64,000 nucleotides of DNA from Sphingobacteriales bacterium (lineage in GTDB: Bacteria > Bacteroidota > Bacteroidia > Chitinophagales > JADJOU01), in the NCBI GenBank assembly GCA_021297855.1, contig JAJTHM010000045.1:233-64232 (forward strand), written 5' to 3'. How positions within the stretch are numbered: the first letter of the stretch is position 1; each line of letters opens with the position of its first letter. The translations under genes and the position numbers were made by a program. Below, piece after piece: positions 1 through 9,813 of this stretch. Under the pieces are notes generated by a model that was given only the letters and a program-made list of their open reading frames with translations, was not told the DNA's origin and ran no database searches.

Positions 1-377
1 TTTAAAACATAATTCGACGCAAGGTCTAGTTTTTTGTTTAAAGCATGATATTTGTAGAAAAAATCTTCTGCCTGTACTTTGTTTTTGAGCGCTATTTCTA
101 TATGGTATAAGTCTAAATAATAAAAAGGATTATCCTTATAATCATTCATGCATTTATAGAGTGCTTTTTGAGCTTCTCTGTATTTACAGAGTTTGAAACA
201 GAGTAAACCATACTTGTAATTTAAGTTAACATCTTTTGGCTTTCTTGTCAGCTTAGACTCTACGACCTTTAGTTCAGATCGAAATGTTTTTCTGAATCCC
301 TCCTCATTATTCTCTTGTGAACGCATTATAAATGCTGAGAGTAGTATAGCGAGGAGTAAATTTAACTTTAGAATCAT
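1..377 (-). CDS. TPR-like secreted protein, N-terminal part (gene runs off the left window edge)
   Basis: Manual minus-strand translation from the ATG at 377-375 gives MILKLNLLLAILLSAFIMRSQENNEEGFRK... and stays open to base 1. Signal-peptide-like start. Absent from the ORF track because no stop lies in the window. Confidence 0.45.
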   Translation of the reverse strand, partial: MILKLNLLLAILLSAFIMRSQENNEEGFRKTFRSELKVVESKLTRKPKDVNLNYKYGLLCFKLCKYREAQKALYKCMNDYKDNPFYYLDLYHIEIALKNKVQAEDFFYKYHALNKKLDLASNYVL

Positions 378-448
378 TTCATTGCAAAATGCCTCACAAA
401 GTTACAATTATTGTATAAAAGGCTGAAAATAAATGTGTTTAGGTTTTT

Positions 449-1636
449 TTATTTGCCTTTGGATTCAGCGATTAAAAAATGTTCAAATCTATGTTTCAGA
501 TACTGACCACAGTCGAATACCATTTGTTCATCATTCGGAAATGGTAAAAACGGAGAGTGCTTGATTTTGCGTAGAAATTTATCTTCTAGCGCCATTTCAT
601 TGCCTTCTATTTTGTAGGCTAGATTGTCAAAATCAAAGCGGCTATTGATAGGAGAAATTCGGGAAAGCAATCGCTGCTGTGCATCTAGGATGATAAACTC
701 TGACTGTATAATGGCTGATTTTTTCTGAAATATTTCGAAAACTTTGCAGCTTGCTTTTTTCTGAGTATATTGTCTTATCTGACGTCCAGAGCTGTCTTTA
801 AGAGGTCTCCCACGTTCATCACTCACATATGTACTAGAGTCTATCCATATTTTCTCCACCACGCTCATTTTTCTATCTATCAGTTCAGGAGTGATGGATA
901 TATCTTTAAAATTTAACTCTACAAAATAATCTACGAAGAAATTGCCAGGTTGGTTATGAAATTTTTGCCAGAAAAATTGATTATTGTCCATCTGCAAATA
1001 GGTCAAATCTTGATGCAGGTTTCTAGGGAGTATGGCTCTAGAATCGTTATTGACCGTGATCAAAATATGAGTCAATCCTGTTTGATAGGCTAAATCCATG
1101 CGGTCTTTCAACATAGGGTAGCTTGGCATCAGTTGTGCTATTTCAGAAAATTTACCAAAGGCATTTCGCGCGTCAAACTTATCCACATTTTTGAGCAATA
1201 GTTCACCCTCCATATATAATGCATCTGCCAGTTTGTGCCGCGAGCTCTCCAGCTGAGTGTAGAAGTTTTCATGGTGGATAGGAATGGTGACTTCATTTAC
1301 CTTTATTGGTAAATAAGGTTTGAGTTTATCGTATCTAGTTTGTAGAGATACATAGTTATTATAAATGGTTCTATATTTTTCGCTACTTTCTACTAGAAAT
1401 TGACTTCGCTGAATGTGTTCGATATTTTCCATATTCGCTTTCGTATAAGCTTCATTAAACAAAACAGCCCATCGTTGAATATCTTTTTCTTTAATACTGC
1501 GCTTGGCATATTTTTTTAGCATGCCATCTAGGACCTCATCGAAGTTTCCTGAGTATATTTCTTTCTGCGCATGCTTATAGGTATTGCACCCTGTGAATAA
1601 TCCTACTAGTAATAGTAAAAGTAAATAATTTCTCAT
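449..1636 (-). CDS. hypothetical lipoprotein
   Basis: 395-aa ORF. The N-terminus MRNYLLLLLLVGLFTGCN has a lipobox-like LFTGC. No family recognised. Confidence 0.6.
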   Translation of the reverse strand: MRNYLLLLLLVGLFTGCNTYKHAQKEIYSGNFDEVLDGMLKKYAKRSIKEKDIQRWAVLFNEAYTKANMENIEHIQRSQFLVESSEKYRTIYNNYVSLQTRYDKLKPYLPIKVNEVTIPIHHENFYTQLESSRHKLADALYMEGELLLKNVDKFDARNAFGKFSEIAQLMPSYPMLKDRMDLAYQTGLTHILITVNNDSRAILPRNLHQDLTYLQMDNNQFFWQKFHNQPGNFFVDYFVELNFKDISITPELIDRKMSVVEKIWIDSSTYVSDERGRPLKDSSGRQIRQYTQKKASCKVFEIFQKKSAIIQSEFIILDAQQRLLSRISPINSRFDFDNLAYKIEGNEMALEDKFLRKIKHSPFLPFPNDEQMVFDCGQYLKHRFEHFLIAESKGK

Positions 1637-2028
1637 ATCTAATGTATTTGGAAGTTAGAGAAGGGAAGAGGAGGGAAGGTTTAAAGTACAATTTGTTTCT
1701 TTTTCTATTGCAACTAGTTTCACAAAGTTAAACACAAGGTATCGCTAAGTTTTTTTAATTATTTTTGGGTCTATGTTTTATAGTGTGGGTTGATTTGGAG
1801 CCATGAATCACATGCCACCCCTCTGGGGTTTAAAAGTTATAGGCTAATATTGTCTATTACAAACAGACCACTCCTACGGAGTTAAAAGCCGAAAGTTAAC
1901 TTGAACTATAAACGGGATTCAATTGAAGCTAATTTATATAGCCACATTCGGGGCTAGCTGTTAATAATATAGCTCAAAAAAGTGCTAAGCTCTATTGGAG
2001 CGACCCAATTTTATATAGCTTTATTATT

Positions 2029-2132
2029 CAATGTCGTTTCGTTAGTGTTTGGTTCGTGGGGACACGAACCATTGCAGTTCGCCATGCTGCGTGTCTCACA
2101 CAGCACTCGCATTTCTTATCTAATCGACATTG
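2029..2132 (+). repeat. 104-bp MITE-like element, family A (terminal inverted repeats CAATGTCG...CGACATTG)
   Basis: Second, inverted copy at 26509-26611. Internal hairpins include GGTTCGTG-GGGA-CACGAACC. Confidence 0.7.
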
Positions 2133-2241
2133 CTTTATTATTTCATAAACTCTAAATTAACAAATTCTACTATTTTTATGTTGTTATTAATTTCGAGTAT
2201 AGGTATCCATACCAATCAACTTAGAGCCTCTATTTTTTATA

Positions 2242-2342
2242 TTTCTCCTATAAATTATAATTCTTAGATTTACCGCTATAGTTGAATTCCCATTAAAATT
2301 TTTATTTGTCTGTGTGAAAATGTCCGAATAAAAATTTTAATG
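2242..2342 (-). repeat. ~101-bp palindromic element, family B (18-bp stem hairpin)
   Basis: Reverse complement matches 16630-16730. Core is CATTAAAATTTTTATT(C/T)G ~16-nt loop CGAATAAAAATTTTAATG. Confidence 0.7.
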
Positions 2343-2567
2343 GGAATTTGGAAGTACAATTTTTTTAAAAAAAGTCCAAGTGTCCCATAAAATATTATTG
2401 GACAAAAAAGTGAAAAATCCAATTTCCATAGTGTAAGGTTGAAAGGTAGTATTCGAATAATTATGAAACTTCAAGCTAATTTGTGAACATCAAACCAATA
2501 ATAACCTTCGCCACCTTTGCGCAAGACTCTGCGCACTTTGCGTTATACCATTTATGATATAAAAATC

Positions 2568-3134
2568 CTATGCGCTCAAATACTTCTCCACCAAGCCTTT
2601 CAGCTCTGCATAAGCCACTTCTAGTTCATCGTTGATAATTTTCTTATCAAAAAAATTGGCAAATTTCATTTCACTGATGGCCTTGTATAGGCGCGCTTGG
2701 ATTCTTTCTTCTGTTTCTGTATGTCTTTTTCGCAGCCTTTCTTCAAGCACTTGAAGACTTGGAGCCGCTATAAATATGGACAGGACATCATTGCAAAGAA
2801 TTTTTTTCACACTCATAGCCCCCATAATATCGATATCGAAAATAGGAATTTTCCCTAGGCCATAAATTCTATCTATTTCAGACTTAGGCGTTCCGTAAAA
2901 TGAGCCCTGATAAACTTCTTCCCATTCTAAAAATTCATTATTCTCGATTCTACTCTTGAACATAGTCTCGGTAATGAAATGATAATCCACACCATTTTTT
3001 TCATGTTCTCTCGGTTCGCGGGTAGCAGCCGAAATAGAGAATTCTAGATGGGGAAAATCTTGAAGTAATTTTTTTACCAAGGTCGTTTTGCCTGCGCCAG
3101 ATGGAGCCGTAATGAGTATAGATTTCTTCTTCAT
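2568..3134 (-). CDS. gmk: guanylate kinase
   Basis: P-loop APSGAGKTTL. SAATREPREHEKNGVDYHF matches the guanylate kinase signature region. 188 aa. Confidence 0.9.
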   Translation of the reverse strand: MKKKSILITAPSGAGKTTLVKKLLQDFPHLEFSISAATREPREHEKNGVDYHFITETMFKSRIENNEFLEWEEVYQGSFYGTPKSEIDRIYGLGKIPIFDIDIMGAMSVKKILCNDVLSIFIAAPSLQVLEERLRKRHTETEERIQARLYKAISEMKFANFFDKKIINDELEVAYAELKGLVEKYLSA

Positions 3135-3164
3135 ATAATACTATTTTTTCGAGACTGATTTGAA

Positions 3165-4028
3165 TTAAACGACGTTGTTCAGCTGTTCTTTGATTCTCTC
3201 TAATAAATCTTTCATATCTACTACTAGATGTTGTATTTCGCTGTCATTAGCTTTGGAGCCAATTGTATTGATTTCTCTACCCATTTCCTGGGCTATAAAT
3301 CCGAGTTTTTTGCCAGTGTATTCGGGGCTGCTGACTGTTTGCAGAAATAAATGTATATGCTGCTGTAGTCTGCTTAATTCTTCACTTATATCCAGTCTTT
3401 CTATATAATAAATTACCTCTTGTCCTAAGCGATTATAATCTATTTCATTGGCTGTGACTATTTCCTGAATGCCTTGAAGCAATTTTTCCCTTCGCGTCTC
3501 GATGCGTTTATCTCCCAGTCCTGCAATGATGTTTTTAGTATTCTCAATTTTGGACACCCATTCTAATAGGTCATTTTTTATGACATCTCCTTCTTGGATT
3601 CTAAATAGATTTACCTTCTCACAGAGAACCTCTACCGCCGAGAGAAATCCCTCTATTTCCTCTGGAGACATTTCCTCCACTTCCATCAAACTATTGTAAT
3701 TTTGGACCACGAGAGGAAAAACTTCTGCGACAGATCCTACTTTAGTGGAGAGTGTTTTTAAAAAACTGTACTGCTGTGAAAATAGTTCTTCATTGATTGC
3801 ACTAAACCCTTTTTTATTGTCTTTCGATTGAACCGATAACTCAAGTTTGCCGCGTTCTAGATTTTTTTGAATCAACCCTTTAACTTGGATTTCTAAATTT
3901 CTAAAAAGGGAAGGGGATTTAAATATGAAATCCAATCCTTTGCTATTCAGCGTTTTTAGTTCCAGAGTATAATTAATATCTCTTAGAGTGATATTCTCCG
4001 TAGCAAAACCTGTCATTGAATTAACCAT
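3165..4028 (-). CDS. yicC: YicC family stress-induced protein
   Basis: N-terminal SMTGFA, C-terminal DISEELSRLQQH and FIAQEMGREINTIGSKAND motifs typical of YicC. 287 aa. Confidence 0.85.
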   Translation of the reverse strand: MVNSMTGFATENITLRDINYTLELKTLNSKGLDFIFKSPSLFRNLEIQVKGLIQKNLERGKLELSVQSKDNKKGFSAINEELFSQQYSFLKTLSTKVGSVAEVFPLVVQNYNSLMEVEEMSPEEIEGFLSAVEVLCEKVNLFRIQEGDVIKNDLLEWVSKIENTKNIIAGLGDKRIETRREKLLQGIQEIVTANEIDYNRLGQEVIYYIERLDISEELSRLQQHIHLFLQTVSSPEYTGKKLGFIAQEMGREINTIGSKANDSEIQHLVVDMKDLLERIKEQLNNVV

Positions 4029-4044
4029 AGGAGGAAGCTGGAAT

Positions 4045-4926
4045 TTATTTTTTATTTATGAGCCAAAGTCCAAATATAATCAAAATACCGCCAAATGCAG
4101 TATATAATGTCATTTCTTCCGTCGTCAAGAAGACAGAAATTAGAATAGCAAAGAGTGGTTGTAAATAAATAAAACTACTCACTGTGGTAGGAGATACAGA
4201 CAGCATAGCCATATTGTTTAATAAATAGACTAAGAAGGTAGCAGCGAGTATTACAAAACCAAAACTCCAATAAAATATAGGTGGTACTTGTGTAAAATTG
4301 ACTTCTCTTGCCTGTTGTAATCCAAAAAAAGCAACCCATATACTTCCTGTTAGAAACATTAGAAAAGTAATCGTCAATGGATGGTATCGACTCATTAAGG
4401 GTTTGACGAGTACGAGATATATAGAAAAGGAAATGGCATTGATAACAATAAATAGATCTCCGTAGGCGCTCGCAGATTGATTCCCTTTTGCAGAGCTTAA
4501 TATTAGACTAGATGCACCTAATAGACCAACAATGATACCCGTAATTTTTTTGAGTTTGATACTTCTCTTATTGATGAGTTGCGATATTAAATAGGTTATA
4601 ATTGGGGAAGTGATCATCAGCAGAGAGGCATGTATGGAACTGGTCATACTGATACCTTTGAAAAAAAATAGTTGATTGAGCGCTATCCCAAAGAGCCCGC
4701 AAGCGAAGATCCTCAGCCAATCTGAACTCAGAATTCTCTCTCTAAGGAAGATGAAATAGATAATGGCAAATAAAAATAGAGAAACAAAAACACGATAAAA
4801 TATAAACCCATAAGGTCCAATATAGGCTGGCATAATGCTTTTGGCTATAGAGTAGTTTGCTCCGTATATTAGGTTGACGAGTATAAGCAGAAAATAAGCT
4901 AGCCTAAAAGGAGTTTTGGAAGCCAT
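4045..4926 (-). CDS. EamA/DMT family transporter
   Basis: 293 aa, about 10 hydrophobic segments in a two-fold EamA-like layout. Confidence 0.75.
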   Translation of the reverse strand: MASKTPFRLAYFLLILVNLIYGANYSIAKSIMPAYIGPYGFIFYRVFVSLFLFAIIYFIFLRERILSSDWLRIFACGLFGIALNQLFFFKGISMTSSIHASLLMITSPIITYLISQLINKRSIKLKKITGIIVGLLGASSLILSSAKGNQSASAYGDLFIVINAISFSIYLVLVKPLMSRYHPLTITFLMFLTGSIWVAFFGLQQAREVNFTQVPPIFYWSFGFVILAATFLVYLLNNMAMLSVSPTTVSSFIYLQPLFAILISVFLTTEEMTLYTAFGGILIIFGLWLINKK

Positions 4927-5933
4927 TAAAAAATACTTGGAATTAGGCTCTCAAAATATTCTAGTGTTTCTTTTAAACTCTTTTTACTCATACCTCCAGC
5001 AGCGTTTACATGACCACCACCGTTGAAGTATTGTCGAGCTATTTTGTTGACATCCGTATCATTTTTACTGCGAAATGAAATGCGAATTTTATCATAATCC
5101 TGTTTGAAAAGTACCGAGACTTCTATGTCTAGAACTTTCAACGGATAATTGACCAGTCCTTCTGTATCCCCATCTTGAATATCAAATTTAGTCTTTGTAT
5201 TTCGATCAATCCACAGATAGGCCAGCTTTTTATCCTCTACAATGGTCATATTGTTGGTTATGCAGTATCCAAAAAGTTTCAGTCTATTGAAACTGAAATT
5301 ATTAAAAGCTAAATTGTAAATCTCATTGGGGTTAATACCAATCTCTATTAGCCTAGCTGCCATGATCAAGGTGCTGCTGTGCGTAGAGTTAAACTGAAAA
5401 CCTCCGGTGTCCGTGAGCAAGCCAGTGTATAAACAAGTAGCCATGTTCTTATTCAAGGGAGTAATGCCAAATTTTGCCATAAAATCATATACCAATTCAC
5501 AGGTACTGCTCGTGCCGGGATAGCTAAAACTCAAATCGAACTCAGGGCTGGGATCTACGTGATGGTCTATTAATATTTTTTTCGCTTTCGAATTTCCTAA
5601 AAACTCTGATAGTTGATTGACTCTGGAAGGATGATTGAAGTCTAGGCAGAATATGATTCTATCTTCCGAGAAATAGTTGGCAAAGTTTACTTTTTCTTTT
5701 TCGCTGAAAATTAATACTTCAGATACATTTGGAACCCAATTATAGTAGGACGGAAAAGGCGAAGGAAAAATACTGTCAACGGTCAATCCTAAGGCTTCAA
5801 AATATAATTTGAGCGCCATGGTGGATCCTATTGCGTCTCCATCGGGGTTGAAATGGGTAATAATGGTGATGAGGGGCTTGGAATCCAGCCATTTTCTTAT
5901 AATTTCTATGTCTTTTTGGGGAAAACGCTCCAT
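4926..5933 (-). CDS. DHH family phosphoesterase (NrnA-like oligoribonuclease/pAp phosphatase)
   Basis: Motifs HFNPDGDAIGS, IDHH and GGGHVNAAGG. Confidence 0.8.
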   Translation of the reverse strand: MERFPQKDIEIIRKWLDSKPLITIITHFNPDGDAIGSTMALKLYFEALGLTVDSIFPSPFPSYYNWVPNVSEVLIFSEKEKVNFANYFSEDRIIFCLDFNHPSRVNQLSEFLGNSKAKKILIDHHVDPSPEFDLSFSYPGTSSTCELVYDFMAKFGITPLNKNMATCLYTGLLTDTGGFQFNSTHSSTLIMAARLIEIGINPNEIYNLAFNNFSFNRLKLFGYCITNNMTIVEDKKLAYLWIDRNTKTKFDIQDGDTEGLVNYPLKVLDIEVSVLFKQDYDKIRISFRSKNDTDVNKIARQYFNGGGHVNAAGGMSKKSLKETLEYFESLIPSIF

Positions 5934-6233
5934 AATTTATTCTAGAATTAGCTTAATTTATTGATAATCAATAAAATTTACATTTTTCTAAAACCGACGC
6001 AAATATAACTTGAAATCAATATAGTAAATGGGAATTAGGAAATTTTCATAATCCTGTTTTATTTATCCACAGGGTTTAATTTAGAATTAACATATTGATA
6101 TTCAATATAATGAATGATTCAATATCTTTTTGCATAGATCTATTTTTAGTATGTTTTAAAACTTAGTTTGAATCAAAAAGTCTAATTTTGCTCTTCAAAA
6201 TTTAAATTAACCCCCTAATTAAAACGAAATAAA

Positions 6234-6653
6234 ATGGCAGGTAATCGCACATACACGATGATAAAACCAGATGCAGTAGCGAATGGTCACATCGGAGGAA
6301 TTTTAGATATGATCATCAAAGATGGCTTTAAAATTAAGGCTATGAAATATACTCGTATGTCAGAAGAATTGGCTAAAGAGTTCTATGGCGTGCATAGAGA
6401 GAGACCTTTTTATATGGATTTAGTCAATTTTATGACTTCTGGACCTATCGTGGCGGCTATCTTAGAAAAAGAAAACGCTGTGGAGTCTTTTAGAAAATTA
6501 ATTGGAGCTACCAACCCTGCCAATGCGGAAGAAGGTACAATTAGAAAAAAATATGCGGAAAGCATTGAGGCAAACGCTGTTCATGGCAGTGATAGCGATG
6601 AGAATGCTAAAATAGAAGGAGATTTATTGTTCTCTCCAGGCGAAGTTTTCTAG
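6234..6653 (+). CDS. ndk: nucleoside diphosphate kinase
   Basis: [10 protein letters not shown] and NAVHGSDS active-site region. 139 aa. Confidence 0.95.
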   Translation: MAGNRTYTMIKPDAVANGHIGGILDMIIKDGFKIKAMKYTRMSEELAKEFYGVHRERPFYMDLVNFMTSGPIVAAILEKENAVESFRKLIGATNPANAEEGTIRKKYAESIEANAVHGSDSDENAKIEGDLLFSPGEVF

Positions 6654-6720
6654 TATTATCAATAAAAAAATAAACATATACCAATCCATAACTGTTTTAG
6701 CCAACAATTTTTGGTATAGT

Positions 6721-6750
6721 GCCGATGATTTATCGTCGGCATTTTTTTTT
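6721..6750 (+). terminator. rho-independent terminator downstream of ndk
   Basis: GCCGATGA-TTTA-TCGTCGGC hairpin followed by a T9 run. Confidence 0.6.
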
Positions 6751-6957
6751 GTAAGAACGCGCCTGGAGGTGCGTTCCTAAGAGGGGTATTCCTAGGATAC
6801 TTACTCTACACTCTAAACTCAAAAGTATCTTCTGACAAGAAAAATGAATCACTATTCAAGCCCAATTACTTGTAGTAGATATTCATAATATTTACCTTCA
6901 GGTGGAGGAGGAACTCTTAATTCACCTTAATCATATTGAGGGCTTGGATATAGATTT

Positions 6958-7083
6958 ATACCAATAGCGGTTTTAAAATGGTCCAACCCATTTTAAAACC
7001 TTGCTATGGTAAATGCCGTAGCTGTATTTGTTTAGTGCAATGAGCCATGCGACATTGGACTATTACTAATACGCTTACGGTAT
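6958..7083 (+). repeat. 126-bp dispersed repeat, family C (copy 1)
   Basis: One mismatch to 30004-30129, same orientation. Contains the long hairpin CCAATAGCGGTTTTAAAATGG...CCATTTTAAAACCTTGCTATGG. Confidence 0.85.
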
Positions 7084-7284
7084 TACTTTTTTTAAATCTA
7101 TACAAAACCATATTGGATTTCGCAAATAGATATTATCAAAAATACTATCTTGAATTATTATGGCCTTTATAACTTCGTGAATGTCCTTGAGTCTTTCTTT
7201 ACTTGGTTGTATTTGAGGATTCTCTTCACATCCTAGGAAAGTGAGACAAGTAATTAGGGAAATAAAAAACTTGGTAATCTTCAT
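7075..7284 (-). CDS. small putative lipoprotein; its 3-prime end runs into repeat family C
   Basis: 69 aa with an LTFLGC lipobox. The last codons and stop lie inside the 126-bp repeat, so the gene may be truncated. Confidence 0.3.
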   Translation of the reverse strand: MKITKFFISLITCLTFLGCEENPQIQPSKERLKDIHEVIKAIIIQDSIFDNIYLRNPIWFCIDLKKVIP

Positions 7285-7314
7285 TAATAGTTATTCATTA
7301 TTAACTATTAATTA

Positions 7315-8919
7315 CTACTGCTCTATCTTCAACATTCCCTTCAAGACATTCCCTTTTTCAAGAATGATTTCGTAGAGATAGATTCCAGTTCCCAAACCTT
7401 GACCACTAAAGTCATTTTGGTATATCCCCGCACTGCGGTAGACGATTTTACCTTCTAAGTTCATCACCTGCAGACTAAGATTAGGATAATCTTCCAGCAT
7501 AGAGATAGGTAATACCCAAAAGTCGTTTTGTCCATCATTATTTGGTGTGATAAGGTTTTGTATATTCTCTCCTTTGAATTTCTCATTCAATTTGATCGTG
7601 TAGCGGGTCGTATCGATCGTTTGTATTCCCAGCGAATTGTAATCCGCTTTTAGTATAAATACTACGTTGTCGGTTTCATCTTTTATCTTGGAAGTGTATT
7701 CATACAACCCTTTCTCGAGGTCAAGTAGTTGGCCTTTTTCAGAGATCATGGAGTGTACCACTTTTACTTCATTTCCTACTTCCATTTTTTTACCTAGTGT
7801 AATCTTAGGATTATTATTCATAGCTAACTGGGTATCATTTTGGTGATACTGCACCATGACTTCGTTATAGAAAGTATCATAGGATAACACAAAAGTGGGT
7901 TTATTAAAAATAATCGCTATGGTTTTAATCGTATCTACACCAATGTGAAAATTAGATGCCTTATAGGCATATCCTTCATTGGTTACATTGATTAGCGTTC
8001 CATATTTAGGTTCAGAATGATGAATAGAAATATCAAAATCTGTATTCTTGGTCATATCTATATCGGCGTCGTATTGAATTGCTGCGGATTGTGAATGCTT
8101 CACCCGTTTCTTGCCTGATTTAGTAAAAAAGTATTGGAATTTACCTGGAGTCAAACCTGCTAAAGTGTAAACCGAATAGGCGTTTAAATCAATTTCCATA
8201 TTAGTGGTAATAGAACCTTGCGCTATATTCGAGGAGGATCCAAAAAGTGAATAGACATCTACAGTTGATGGCAAAACCTCCCATTCATTTCCGTTCCAGC
8301 CTACTATTGTTAGATTTTTCAAACCACCATTGGTCAGCTTTTTGATTTCACTTTTGTCATTCCAACTCAATGAAAGTTTAGCTAAAACATTTCCATTGAC
8401 ATCCCAGTATTCTTTCGAACTCACTTGATAGAGTGAGGCTTGTTTTTTATTTGTAGGATAAGGACCATCGACAGGTAGCACTTGACTCACTCCTCCAAAA
8501 AAGGGACTAGTAATGGCTAGATTTGGACTCACGCCATAGTATGCCGCTTCGGTAGGACTTGTATATGCGGCCTTGTCTATTGCAGCTGGCTTGAATTGAT
8601 TATTGTCTCCAATAGGAAAAATAAATTTATTCGACATAAAGGTGCGCACATAACCATCTACATAGGCCTTATCTGTAACACCTGACCATGAGGAGCCTGG
8701 CATAAAGCTGATAAAACTCTTATTAAGTCTGCGCTCCGTTCCTAAAATTCCAGAATTTGGATTGCCGTTGAATAAGCTTCTAAAATCCCACTCTTTATAT
8801 ACTCGCATATCGCCATTATTCTCAATAATCGTTCTACCATACGATTTTATCTGAGCATAACTTCTCTGCCCACAAATCAGTAGGAAACAACTAAAAAATA
8901 AAAGCGACCAGTTTTTCAT
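7315..8919 (-). CDS. secreted protein with T9SS type-B (gliding motility-associated) C-terminal sorting domain
   Basis: Signal peptide. The C-terminus ITPNNDGQNDFWVL...GIYLYEIILEKGNVLKGMLKIEQ matches the TPNGDGxND type-B CTD pattern. Confidence 0.75.
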   Translation of the reverse strand: MKNWSLLFFSCFLLICGQRSYAQIKSYGRTIIENNGDMRVYKEWDFRSLFNGNPNSGILGTERRLNKSFISFMPGSSWSGVTDKAYVDGYVRTFMSNKFIFPIGDNNQFKPAAIDKAAYTSPTEAAYYGVSPNLAITSPFFGGVSQVLPVDGPYPTNKKQASLYQVSSKEYWDVNGNVLAKLSLSWNDKSEIKKLTNGGLKNLTIVGWNGNEWEVLPSTVDVYSLFGSSSNIAQGSITTNMEIDLNAYSVYTLAGLTPGKFQYFFTKSGKKRVKHSQSAAIQYDADIDMTKNTDFDISIHHSEPKYGTLINVTNEGYAYKASNFHIGVDTIKTIAIIFNKPTFVLSYDTFYNEVMVQYHQNDTQLAMNNNPKITLGKKMEVGNEVKVVHSMISEKGQLLDLEKGLYEYTSKIKDETDNVVFILKADYNSLGIQTIDTTRYTIKLNEKFKGENIQNLITPNNDGQNDFWVLPISMLEDYPNLSLQVMNLEGKIVYRSAGIYQNDFSGQGLGTGIYLYEIILEKGNVLKGMLKIEQ

Positions 8920-8957
8920 CTATTATCTCAAATCTAAAATCTAATTTCTATCAAAAA

Positions 8958-9761
8958 CTATTCATGGAGACTTACCCAAGCCGTACCATTGTATCCTTCA
9001 AATCTTCCTAAAGTTTGATTATAACGAATCATACCAGCCTCAGGAGCATCAGTTGTTTTTGCTTCATTGCCCAGCTTCAAAGCACCATTTATCACTAGTT
9101 TTACAGGAGCTGTAGTAGTGCCAATGGCCAAATTGCCACCCGTGAATACATGGTGTTTCAACGTATCTTCCGTATGGTAATTCATGTGGTTCGGGAGCAT
9201 TCCAATTTTCCCTACTATTTGATTTGAAGGGTTGGTTATTTCCACAGAACCACTGTTACTTCCATTTCCTTGTTTGAGATGCACCTGACCAGTATTAGCA
9301 CCTCCACTTACTTTGACATTTCCATTCACATCGAGCGCTTCGGCAGGAGTATTGACACCAAGTCCCATTTTGCCGCTTCTATACACATTTTGGTTTTCTT
9401 GATTCGCTGGGGATCCGTCCACGCTGTTTAACCATACACGATTCATCTCCTGCTCAGAGAGCACTCTTTGCCACTTTGAACCATCATTGTAGTAATAGCC
9501 AGGAAAAACCTTATTAGGGTCAGCGCCAGCTGTAACTGTATTGTAAACAATCATGCCAGCTACGTGCGCACCCAATGGATAGAAATCATTGGTGGCTCTT
9601 AACCTGAGTCTAGGCATTAATAATCCTTTTCGTGTGCCATCGGCTGTATCTATTTGCACTACAGCATTTGGGTCTAGTACATCGCCAATACCAAATCGCA
9701 TCTGCGCCTTGGTCATGACAACCCCACTAAATAATAATGTGGTAAGTAAAATCTTCTTCAT
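8958..9761 (-). CDS. secreted hypothetical protein with KGLLMPRL motif and GMIRYN...FEGYNGTAWV C-terminal tag
   Basis: Signal peptide MKKILLTTLLFSGVVMTKAQ. The C-terminal 25 aa are shared with the upstream gene product. Confidence 0.6.
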   Translation of the reverse strand: MKKILLTTLLFSGVVMTKAQMRFGIGDVLDPNAVVQIDTADGTRKGLLMPRLRLRATNDFYPLGAHVAGMIVYNTVTAGADPNKVFPGYYYNDGSKWQRVLSEQEMNRVWLNSVDGSPANQENQNVYRSGKMGLGVNTPAEALDVNGNVKVSGGANTGQVHLKQGNGSNSGSVEITNPSNQIVGKIGMLPNHMNYHTEDTLKHHVFTGGNLAIGTTTAPVKLVINGALKLGNEAKTTDAPEAGMIRYNQTLGRFEGYNGTAWVSLHE

Positions 9762-9813
9762 CTTAGTTGATTTATTTTTTTTATGCTTATCTCTAATTTT
9801 TAACCTCTAGCTT

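Noticed and set aside
6160-6233. Bacteroidota-type promoter (TAnnTTTG -7 box) upstream of ndk, and TAGATTTG at 26719-26726 upstream of sdhC
   Set aside because: Matches to the short -7 consensus exist, but in DNA this AT-rich they are expected by chance. The -33 spacing is not convincing, so I do not report them as features.
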